From Octopus bimaculoides (Eukaryota): a stretch of 64,000 nt of DNA. The DNA lies in assembly GCF_001194135.2 (NCBI RefSeq), contig NC_068994.1:20544274-20608273 (forward strand), read 5' to 3'. A program made the position numbers and the translations under genes. A model generated the notes under the pieces. The model saw only the letters and a program-made list of their open reading frames with translations, was not told where the DNA came from and ran no database searches. Shown in pieces: positions 13,201 through 25,500 of this stretch (positions within the stretch are counted from its first letter, which is position 1; each line of letters opens with the position of its first letter).

Positions 13201-15373
13201 TTTTGATGGAAGGTTTTAATTCAGATCACTTTAAACAGGAAATTTGTAAAACAGAACCAGGAGCTGTCTTATGTGGGTCGGTAACAAAAGGGTTAAAAGA
13301 AAGCCAAGTTTTGTGAGACTACCAACTACCGGCCTATGCTTTAAACCTGCAGTAGTAGCCCCCTATTTTGTCATCCTGCCAAGATATATTTTCTCAACCC
13401 TTTCTTCTAGGACTGCAAACAAGCTGGAATTCTCTCATTGTTAATGTTTTTTAGCAGACATTAACAGATGTTCAAAGTAAACATCAACTGCATCAATCTC
13501 ATTAGTCTGAAAGGACCTGCAAAAGTCATGGGCACTGCCTTTATTCCAGTAACTAACTTGTTAAAGAAAACATACTCACAACTATATTAACTCAAACACA
13601 AATATTAAAAAGAAATTAATCTGATGAAGGGCAATGTTCATACCTTTCATCAGACAAGATAAGGTGATGCACATAGACAATAGACAATATACACCCCCAC
13701 ACACACACATACATAATTAGTACTAATGGTTATTAATTAATGATTGTAACACATGTAAAACTATCAATTATCTGAAAATATCTACAAAGTTTGTGGCCAG
13801 TATACATCCACTCTCACCCCTTCCACTGCTCTTGACAATCCAGGCCCACCATCATTAGTTTATCCTGATTAGTTATCTTGGTAGCTAAATGTCCTCCTCT
13901 ACTTACATTCATGAAGATAGTCTCATTCCCAGCCATTGCAGATTACTATTTTGAACTCCTTGTATGCACATAAAAGAGACAGCTGTTGTGGCAGCTACCT
14001 TACACTATCATCTTAGACTTCCTTTGTACATAACATCCCCTACATCTTGGAAACAGCTATTACTTCCAATAGTCTTAGACTGAAACTCTAAGTTTCTTGG
14101 TAACTCTCTCTTGGTTGCACTGCTATTGTAGATTCCCATGACCGTTTGTTGCCATCAAATTCCATTATTATGAATTTGAATTGGGAACTTGAGTCATAGA
14201 GATTAACTGATGCATATCAGTTAATCTCTTGATAGAGTTTGGTGATCCTGACCATTGATCTTCTAGGATTCCTCCACTCAGTATCAATGTAAGAAACATT
14301 GTTGGCTCAGTTGAGCTCTTCCGCTGCCTCTTCACAATCTGCTATGCTGCAGTCCCATGATTTCACTGTATCTCTGGCAGGGTAGCTGAACAGGTGCTAT
14401 ACCTTGCCAAAAGACAACCCATAACTATGCAGGGCACAGTTGTCACTCTGTGGGGCATTTTCAATATACTGTATACCCACCCTTGGTAACTGAATCACTC
14501 CTTACATAGTGATGAGACATAAAAATGAGTATTTAAAAAGGGTTCTGTCTTAATTGCACAGAGGAGATATACATTACATAAGCGGAAGTTAAAATAGACT
14601 GTCAAGAAGAGCAGAAACTTATTAAAAAAAAAATAGAAAGAGAGACACTTTAATCCTGAAAGATGACCTTTAGAATCAATGGCACAACAAAATGCATCAT
14701 GCTGTAAAATGGTTGGCAATAGAAAAGAACAAACAGCCATAATAATCATCCTATACAAGTATGGGAATCAAATGTAAAATAATAATGATAAAGAAAATAG
14801 AGAAAGCTTACTATCAGAGATGTTTCTACTAGAGACGGATAGCAAATCTGCTGATGATACTTCACAGTTGTCAAGATCTTCTAAGTAACTACATGATGCT
14901 TTATGGATTTCAAAACTCTGCAAATTTATAAGATAATAATGGTTTCTTCATTTGGTATAAAACAGCAAATTCGTCAGGGAGTAAAAATTGTTAACTGAAT
15001 CAATTCCAGTACATAAGTGGTAGTAATGAGCAGTTATTTTATGGATTTTGTAGAAGATCTGAATTCAGAAAATATGGGGAGCAAAGTAGATATTGCAAGG
15101 CATTTAGCCAAGCACAGCACAATACTGGTACCACTACTACTTTAGTCACCAAAAATTCTGAAAATTTTTTATGTAAGGTACCTCTGTCATTATTACTACC
15201 ATCATCTGACAATTATGTACTATTACTATCTATTACATTATTTACATTTGACAGCTACCTTATCTTGTTTGTTGTTAAAACACAACATTTCAGCTGATAT
15301 AACCTCCAGCCTTCATCAGGTGTCTTGGGGAAATTTCGAACCTGGGTTCTCCTTCCTAAGGTATTTTTTGATG

Positions 15374-15404
<31 letters not shown>

Positions 15405-18400
15405 TATTATTCAGTTCACTGCCTGGAATCAAACTCGGAATCTTGGGGTTAGTAGCCTGTGCTCTTAACCACTACGTTATATACCCGTGAGTAATTATGG
15501 AGTGAATTTTAGGGCTTATAAATCTATTTTCCTATCCTTCCTTAATACCGGTTCCCACATGCTGTTCATATCTGCACTCGGTCTGCTTAGGAGGTTGTTG
15601 TGTCCTAGCATATGTGCTGCTTCTTTTAGTTTTCGCATTTTCCAGTAGTGTTCTCTGTCTATTATTTTAACTTCATCCCACAGGGGGAGGTGGTCTCCAT
15701 TTTCCCATGCGTGATCAGCTATACCCGATTTATCAATATCTCCTCATGTCACAGTTTTGCGATGTTCATCTACCCTTATTTTGAGGGGGCAACATGTTTC
15801 ACCTTTGAATAACCTACCACAGCAGCATGGGATGAAGTACACGCAGTCTTTGGTCATATTCTCTTCTATTGGTGGTTTTACCTGAAGGAGATATTTGCGA
15901 AGTGTTGTATTACTCTTGAATACTGTCCTGATGTCATATGAGATGCATATCTTTTGTATCTTTTTGGAGAGGCCTTTCACATAGGGTAGACAGACTGTGG
16001 ACAGTTTATTGGCTTCATCTTCTCTTTTCTTCATAATTGGAACGGATAGTATGTTTTTGGGGTAGTTGTAGCCTAATAGAATGTTTTTGAGCTTGATCAT
16101 TTCTTTGTGGTGTGTATCACGATTGCTACTTATATTCTTCACTCGATGTTTTAGGCACTGAGCAGTCCCTCTCTTTACACTGTATGGATGGTGGGAATTG
16201 AAGTTGAGGTATCGTCCAGTGAAGATCAGCTTGCAGTATATGGATGTCCTGAATCCATACTTGGTGCGTGTTATTAATACGTCCAGGAATGCTAGCTGAT
16301 TGTCTTTTTCTTTTTCCATTGTAAACTTTATGGCCCTACTAGGAAGATGTCCAAATGCTGTTAGATCATGAGAACTCAATAAAGCCATCCATACAGTTCA
16401 CAATGGAAAAGGAAAAAGACAATCAGCTAGCATTCCTGGACGTATTAATAACACGCACCAAGTATGGATTCAGGACATCCATATACTGCAAGCTGATCTT
16501 CACTGGACGATACCTCAACTTCAATTCCCACCATCCATACAGTGNNNNNNNNNNNNNNNNNNNNNNNNNNNNNNNNNNNNNNNNNNNNNNNNNNNNNNNN
16601 NNNNNNNNNNNNNNNNNNNNNNNNNNNNNNNNNNNNNNNNNNNNNNNNNNNNNNNNNNNNNNNNNNNNNNNNNNNNNNNNNNNNNNNNNNNNNNNNNNNN
16701 NNNNNNNNNNNNNNNNNNNNNNNNNNNNNNNNNNNNNNNNNNNNNNNNNNNNNNNNNNNNNNNNNNNNNNNNNNNNNNNNNNNNNNNNNNNNNNNNNNNN
16801 NNNNNNNNNNNNNNNNNNNNNNNNNNNNNNNNNNNNNNNNNNNNNNNNNNNNNNNNNNNNNNNNNNNNNNNNNNNNNNNNNNNNNNNNNNNNNNNNNNNN
16901 NNNNTTCCAATTATGAAGAAAAGAGAGGATGAAGCCAATAAACTGTCCACAGTCTGTCTATCCTATGTGAAAAGCCTCTCCAAAAAGATACAAAAGATAT
17001 GCATCTCATATGACATCAGGACAGTATTCAAGAGTAATACAACACTTCGCAAATATCTCCTTCGGGTAAAACCACCAATAGAAGAGAATATGACCAAAGA
17101 TTGCATGTACTCCATCCTATGTAGCTGTGGTAGGTTATACAAAGGTGAAACATGTTGCCCCCTCAAAATAAGGGTAGAGGAACATGAGGAGATATTGATA
17201 AATCAGGTATAGCTAATCATGTATGGAAAAAATGAAGACTACCTCCCCCTGTGGGAGGAAGTTAAGATAATAGACAGAGAACACCACTGGAAAATACGAA
17301 AACTAAAAGAAACAGCACATATTCTAGGACATAATAACCTCCTAAGCAGATTGAGTGCAGATATGAGTAGCATATGGGAACTGGTATTAAGGAAGGATAG
17401 GAAAATATTAGATTTATAAGCCCTAAAATTCACTCCATAATTGCACACAGGCATATAGCATAGTGGTTAAGAGCGCTGGCTACTAAACCCCAAGATTCCG
17501 AGTTTGATTCCAGGCAGTGAACTGAATAATAATAATAACATTGAAAAATACCTTATGAATGAGAACCCAGGTTCGAAATTTCCACAAGACACCTGATGAA
17601 GGCTGGAGAGTATATCAGCCAAAACGTTGTGTTAACAACAAACAAGATCAGGACAAATATCTGTCAAATGTAAATAGTGTAAATAATGTACATAATTCCT
17701 CATCTCTTAAATTATTACCATCACTGCCACCACCATTTTGATAGCTGTCTTTCTATAATAAACCAACATGAACATAGCTGTATCAACAATTATCATCACC
17801 ACCAAAACCATTGTTACCATCTCAACCTTGTTAATGATGAAAATGAGGAGGAAGAGGATATATATATATATATATATATATCACTTCTAACATCATCTAA
17901 TTTAAGGGACACAGCCTTCTTTTTATACCTCCCTTATCAACCATTACCTGAATCAGTCAACAAGGAAGTCTCTAAATGGTTGCTCTACCTGTTAGAAACA
18001 CCACCCAAATTTTCCTTTAAATCATACCCTACTTATTTAAACAAGAGACAGATGAGATCCACATACTCCTAAAAATGATCGTGGTTGGAATGCCACTGAT
18101 CCTGGATCTGCTCAGTCAGGACTAAGCAATAGCAACCATACTCCAATTAGTGATGGAGTCTGAAACACTGTTCAGTGATGATCTGAAGGATTGTAATTGT
18201 AAGTTGCTGAAGTTTCTGCCGGAAATGGCTCTCATCTTGGTATCTCTCAATTGTAAACTGCAGAATGCACCTATTATTAGATGTAGCAATTAGGTAAGAT
18301 GTAGAAAATTCATACTGATGCTAAAATACTGGCTTAATGACCAGAGCAAGATGTTATTGTTTTTGATATTACTGTTGATTTGACAATGACTGCAGATTTT

Positions 18401-21026
18401 ATATTTTCAGAAATTAAAAAAAATAACAACTAGTAATAATATTGCAACTCAGCTGGTTGAGACAACTGACATCTCTCACATGCAGTGTCTTTTTTATACT
18501 CCATTATGGAAAAGAAAAAAAAAAGAACTGTTTTCATCCTACAATTTCTAACTACAGTTAAATGAAAGCCTAGAAGAAATAAGTAAGTATTATTGTCAAG
18601 AATGTGACAAGTGAATCCAAAGATTCAGTTTTTAGTAATGTGACAGTACTAATAATAAATAACAGAAGTGAGACTTAGATCATTTTGATAACAGAAAAGA
18701 TATAATCAACTGAACTGAGCTCACAAACTTTAGAAGTATGAAAAAGCAGAATTAACCTATGTTAGATTTCTATCTAGAATTTAAAAGCATGGAACTAAAC
18801 AATGAGCAATCTAAATCAAATATTTCATTCTTTCTGTCCTCACATGTCATAATAAATAACAGTAATATTGTGTGGGGATGAGCTTGTCAAAAAATGTTTC
18901 CTCTGCATGTCATAAAAGGTAACTAAAAGAGGCTGAGGTAGGATTTGAACTCCAACCTCATAAAACAATCGCCAACAACAACTACCCAAAAACAAGGGTT
19001 GGAGGGTTGTCACCTGAGTGGTGCAAAGATGTCATTTGCCAAGAGTAGGGAATCACCAACAAATGGTGGATGTAGCAACACACTGTTACAGCACATTCCC
19101 CCATACTACTACTATTACTGAGTATTAGGTTCAATAACTTACTTATTAGATCCAATACTACTGAGTGTTAGATCCAATAACTTATACCATCCTCTCCTTC
19201 GCAAATAAATAGTATCTGATATCTAAGGAAAACATCTCTAAGAGTAATTATGCAAAAAAATGACAATTACAAAAATATAAAGATTTTAAGAACAAACCTT
19301 TTGAACAGTTTTTCTTTGATCAGTTGCTGTATTGTTAACAGAGTCAAGTCCAAGGGATTGACTACCATCTGATACAACACTAAGAGTTCTAGAAGTTTCT
19401 AACACTTCACTTTGTTGACTAACATGTGGTGAAGTTGATGGCAAATTGTCCTCACTTTTTTGTTCTACTGGATGCTCTTGCTGTTGCTCACTTTGTTGTT
19501 CTTCATTTTCTTGTTGCTGTGGTGATAATGGTTGCTGATATTGCTCACTTCCTTGTTCATCTTGTTGCTGTGATGATTGTTGTTGTTCATCTTGTTGCTG
19601 TAATGAATGCTTTCGTTCATCCTGTCGCTTGCTTTCATGTTCTTCATTTTCTTGTTGCTGTAATGGTGGCTGTTGCTGCTCACTTTGGTGTTCTTCATCT
19701 TTGTGCTGCTGTAATGATTGTTCTTGTTGCTTGCTTTGTTGTTCTTCAACGTCTTGTTGTGAGGATGGCTGCTGACATTCACCTTGTTGTTGTTTTTGTT
19801 GCTGTGGTGATGGCTGTTGTTGCTCACTTAGTTGTTCTTCATCTTCTTGCTTATGTGATGATGATGGTTGTTGTTGTTGTTGTTGTTGTTGTTGTTCTGG
19901 TTGAGGTTTTCTTAGCAAGTTGTCAGCTCGTAGTTCAGAATTGTAAGGATGTTGAACACATGCTAGAAGAATAATAGTGAGGATATCGGCTGACTGTAAC
20001 TCATAAGCACTGTTGCTGTTGGAATAAACAAAACATGGGCTTTAATCTTTCAATGTTTGCTAGTCATTAGGTAAAACATACACTTCGTTTTGGCTGCCCT
20101 AACTAATCTTCAAAGCTTAGCCTAAACAAAATCAAAAAGTCTTCCACATGGAGTTAAGCAATGGCTATTATAATTTTTTGTGACTCTAGAAGATCAAGTG
20201 GAACACAGTAAAATGGGCATAATATGCCTGACTATGACACTGTCCTCTATAGAACCTATTATTACATAACACTGGTATACATTATGACATACATGTGTTT
20301 GATTGTGTGGAATTGAGTGTAAGTCTATTTGGTTTCAGAAATTATGGCATAAAAAGGTAACAAAAACAGTTACTGAGAGGAGATAAAAGCCAAGTGTCTC
20401 TATAAGATAAGATACTGAGCCACAAATTGCACAGTTGCACTATGTACACAGTTGCACAAGTTGCACTATGTAAAAGTTAGCATATCATAACAGCTAAGGA
20501 AATAACATTTCTATTTTTAAATTGCTTGGTGTGGAAGATGGAGCTGTGCCCTTTCACAGGTCCTCAAAAATCAATGAGATCAATACAGCTGATGCTCTAC
20601 ACTACATCACTGCTACAACCATAGTAACGATCATAGAAATTATATTACTCTGGTTATCTCAGTCTACCTATTTTCTGGTTGAGAGATTAATTGTAAGACA
20701 AGAAATCCAATAGAATATATATATATGGCTCCAAATCTGAATTTTCAAAATTAAAAAATAAATGTAAAGAAAACCATTTCACTTATTCCAGCATAAAAAA
20801 TATATATAAAAAAAAATGTTTCAAAATAAAAAAAAAGTGTAAAAAAAACATACCTGGAATAAAGAGAAAGGAGCTTACCATGCACCAAAAGAAGTGCATG
20901 GTTGTTACTTATAGAAGAAACTGAACTGACTTTTTTCACAACCATTTCGAGAAGTTCTAAAGATTTCTCATTAACCACAGAGTTTACATACAACTGTTCA
21001 ACTGCCTGAAAAAAGAGATGATGAAG

Positions 21027-21097
<71 letters not shown>

Positions 21098-22560
21098 CAT
21101 CCTTTCTACTATAGGAACAAGGCCTAAAATTTTGGGGGATGAGTGCTAGTTGATTGCATTGACAACCCCAATGCTCAACTGGTACTTATTTTACAACCTC
21201 ACAAAGATGAAAGGCAAAGTCAACCTTGATGGAATTTGGACAAAAAGTGGGAGGAAATGTCACTAAGCATTTTGCCCAGAATGTTAACAATTCAGCCAGC
21301 TTGCCATCTTATTGATAGTAATGATAATGCAGGTGCGATTCATTACCTAAGTAAAAAGATATTTAATTGCAAGGAAGAGATATAATTGATTAAATTGACA
21401 CAGAATGTATTTAGCATTTAATTAATCCCTTCAAGGAATGTAAAGCAAAGTTTACCTCAGCAAGATTTGAGCTCAGAACTTAGGGAGACAAAGCTAAATA
21501 CTTCCGAGTATTTAATCTGATAATATACATGTCAGGACATTTGTGAATTTCTCAACAGAATTAGCAATGTATAAAAAGCAAAAATTGCTAAATTTAGTAA
21601 ATTAAGTAACAAATTCAGCTTACTAGAATACTTTTACCTTACAGTACAGATTGCATCAGCAAAACATCAAACTGAAATTATGTTGGCATCTTATATCATG
21701 TTAATGCACTAGATAATACATTGGGTCTCTATTGTACCTACTATGCTTCTAAGTTTTGAGCCAAATCTTTCAGCTTTGTTTATTGTCTCTACCATCCTGT
21801 TTTTAGCATTCAACAATAGTGCTACCTACTTTTACTTTCATGTCTCTCACTTCAAGGTCTTTTCTCCTAAAAAACAGTTGAAACTAAGCTGTCTAGACCT
21901 ATATATGTAAATCATTTCAGGAGTACCTATTTTCAAATAAATCCAGTTTTGTCTCTGTTTCTTTTATGTTTGTACAAGCATTACAGTTTGTATAAGCATT
22001 ACTTTCCTGGAGAATTATGATAATGAGAAAAGAATTGAAAGATTGACTCTGTTATTTAAGTGACATACCTCCATTAGAAAGGACTGCTCTTCTTGGACAA
22101 GGTGGCACCATGTCCTGAGAATTTGTGTTAAATAATTCTGTCTTTCTCTTTGTTCATGCAATCTTTTTGGTTTTATTCTATGAAAAAGGATTGAAGAAGA
22201 AATTAAATTGAATGAAATTCTAATGTAGAAATTTTCAGACATTTTCTTACAAGTTAGTCACTGGTACTTTAGATTTCCCAAATCAATATCCTTCCCTTTT
22301 TAACTCATTTTGTGTACACATTCCTCATCTTTTCATTGTCCCAAAATATTTATTAAACAATTTATTATTTGTTTTCTCCTTATAACTGCTTCTTTTAATA
22401 ATTATCTTCACCTGCCCATTTTTTAAAGCATTGCCCACAACAATTTCTTCCAGTTATTCCTGTCCAAGAGTCTAGCATAATTTCAAAAAGCCTCAACACC
22501 ACCATCCTACTGCCTCCCCCAACCCATCCTGGCCTAACTAATGTGTATGTGTGGGGGGAT

Positions 22561-22597
<37 letters not shown>

Positions 22598-25500
22598 AAC
22601 ACCTAACCATCTAGCTAGGAAACCAATACTTTATTTATTTCAATATCTAGTATAGATCACAGAGAAAGTCATGGCCCAATTGATCCATGGTAGAATAGAC
22701 CTGGATGAGATGCAGTTTGGGTTTTCCCCAGAAGAAGCCTCTTAGATGCAGTCTTTCTATTGAAGCAACAAAAGGGGAAAAACCTGGCTAAAAATAAACT
22801 GTTGCACCTGGCTTTCATTGATTTGAAGAAAGCATTTAACTGGGTACTACATTCAGTAATCTGGTGAGCTCTGAGGAAACTAGGTGTAGATGAATGGCTT
22901 GTGAGGGTGATTCAAGCTATGCACAAGGATGCAGTATGTAAAGAGAGAGTTGGCAATGACTTTAGTAATGAATTTAGTATGATAGGAGATCACAGTCTTA
23001 CAAGCCATCATTGAGGAGTTTCAGACTGGCTGTCCAGTGCTCATGATCATGTTCACATAGCAGAATCTAGCGAAATTAGAGAAAGAATTTCAGGCATGGA
23101 AGCTAAATCTGGAATTGAGAGGCCTTAATGTAAACCTTGCAAAAAATGAAGGTTTTAGCAAGTAAGAAAGAAGACAAGAGCCCAGCACCTTCAGGGAAAT
23201 GGCTTTGCACAGTATACATAAAAGGGGTAGGTATAAATTCAATATGCTGTACTCAATGTAAGTTATGGACACACAAAAAAATGTAGTGGAATCGCCAGCA
23301 GACTATCCAAGATTGTAAGCTTTGTATGTGATAGTAGATGCACTGGAGCAATGTGTATGTGCACACTGGAAATTGAGTCTCTTGATTGTCCAGATGACTC
23401 ATTAGAAGTAGTTGGTAGTTTTTGTTACTTAGGAATGTAATTAGTAAGGGAGGTAGGTGTTCTGGAAGTAAAGTAGTAAGAACTGTTTGGAGAAAATTTA
23501 GGGAGCTACTACTCCTGTTGACAATAAAGATCTCTTCGCAAAGGGCAGATTGTATGATGCTCGTGTTAAAACCACAATGCTGCATGGTTGTAAGACATGG
23601 GTCTTGAATGTAATGGACTTGAGATGACTGGAAAGAAATGAGGTGAGTATGCACCATTGAATGTGCAATGTGAGTGTGCAGGAAAGAATTAGGTACTGAG
23701 TAAAAAAACTGGGCATAAGGGGAATCAGATGTAGTGCTCAAGAAAGAAGAATGCACTGGTATTGACATGTGATGTATATGGATGAGGATAGTCATATAAA
23801 GAAGTGCTGGTCACTTAATGTGGTTGGAATTTCCCAGGAAAGGGAAACCCAGGAATACATGGAATGAAGCAGTGAAAGCTGACATCAGGACCTTGAGCTT
23901 CATAGAAGAGACGTCAAAGGACCAGTATCTCAAGCAATTTGAGATTCTTGAAAAGACTCATCCTCCTGTTTGCAACTGAGTTCTGGAAATGCTAAGTTTC
24001 ACTGAGGAGGACAAATCATCATCATCATCATTGTTTAATGTCTGTTTTCCATGCTGGTATAGGTTGGACGGTTTGACTGGGGACTGGCAAGCCAGGGGGC
24101 TGCACCAGGCTCCAATCTGATCTGGCAATGTTTCTACAGCTGGATGCCCTTCCTAACGCCAACCACTCCGAGAGTGTAGTGGGTGTTTTTTATGTGCCAC
24201 CGGCATGGGAGCCAGTCAGGTGGCACTGGCACTGGCCATGTATGGAGGGTGCTTTTTACATGCCACCAGCACAGGAGGCACTGGCAACGACCACATTCAG
24301 ATGGTGTTTTTTACGTGCCACCGGCATGGAGAGCCAGACAAGCGGCACTGGCAATGAACCACGTATGAATGGTGCTTATTGCATGCCACCAGCATGGGAT
24401 CCGGTCAGGCAGCACTGGCAACAGCCACAACTACAATTTCCATTTGACTGTGATGTGATTTGATTTTGATTTACTTGACTCAATAGGTCTCCTCAAGCAC
24501 GGCATGTCACCCAACGATCCAAAAGTACTTTTTAGTGGGCTGGTTATGCGACACAGGTGTAGGCTACGACTGTGATCTCTCTTTACTTACCAGGTCTTCT
24601 CAATCATAGAATATCTCCAGAGGTCTCGGTCTTTCATCATTGCTTTATCTACCAGGGCGCTGTCTATTCGGATAGCTGGTCCCTCTACTGGGTCAACATT
24701 TGGGATGTTCTCCTCCTCCCATTCATTCTCCACATTCAGCAACCTTTCATAATGGCTTCTCCAAGCCTCTTTCTTTGCAGAATCATTAAAAGCAAGTGCA
24801 CCATCATCCATGCGGACACATTTCTCTCCTGTGACATGACAATTTTCTCTTATACACTGTCTTGCAATCTGAAATACTTCAGTTCTTGGGTCCTCATGTC
24901 ACTGAACATTGGCAAACTACTTCTTTTCTGCTTCTCCCTTGGCTATGTATACTTGTCGCCCAGTCTCCCTTCTGGCTATCTGGTACAGTTCCCTGTTACC
25001 CTCGTTCTTCCAGGCCTGTTTCTTTGCTCTAATGGCCTTGTCTACCGTATTATTTCATCACCATGTTACCCTAGGTCTGTAAGGGACTTTGCACCAGCTG
25101 CAGATTTGGTCTGTGGCACTCAGTAAGATGTTCCGTAGGAATTTCCAGCTACCCTCTATGTCCGAAGTCTGTAGCTCCTCCTCCCTATCATCAAATTTCT
25201 CAATGAGGATGTCCCTAAATCTCTGACCATGTGAAGGGTTCTTTAGCTTCCAAATCCTTCTTTTCTGGATTGGTTTGCTTCTTGGCATCCTTCTGGCCTC
25301 AAATCTAAAGTCACTAATAAGCATTACCGGGGTTGCAAATATAAGTAAGTAAATCAATAAAGATAGATAAAGGAGAATATGGATAGCAATATGCCAATGT
25401 TAGATTAAGTAGGTGGGCAGCTAAACTAGTTGCATTTGTCCCGGGGAGAGAGAAGGAAAAGGAATTGCAGGTATGGTAGAGGATACCTCCAGTGACGGAG

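Larger units (their letters stand above)
16350..17695 (+). mobile_element. Penelope-like retroelement 3' fragment, right arm (contains N gap 16545-16904)
   Basis: ORF 16355-17212 has the same RT thumb and GIY-YIG motifs. C-terminal DREHHWKIRKLKE at 17219-17419. Confidence 0.9.

Noticed and set aside
13621-13652. CTGATGAAGGG...CCTTTCATCAG hairpin containing hammerhead core letters
   Set aside because: It has no GAAA half-core or stem I, so it is a short inverted repeat only.
17450-17520. Possible tRNA-Ser gene
   Set aside because: The acceptor stem and T-arm are degenerate, there is no poly-T terminator, and it is embedded in both Penelope arms. Treated as a tRNA-derived head.
18140-18295. 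Region open in several frames on both strands, with splice-like sites
   Set aside because: No recognisable homology, a stop in the phase needed for HPS1, and exons 6 and 7 join directly.
19426-19974. 182-aa hydrophobic plus-strand ORF (and 19465-19827 minus-strand N/S/H-rich ORF)
   Set aside because: These are antisense and alternative-frame shadows of the CAA/GAA-rich HPS1 exon 6. They have no splice or homology support.
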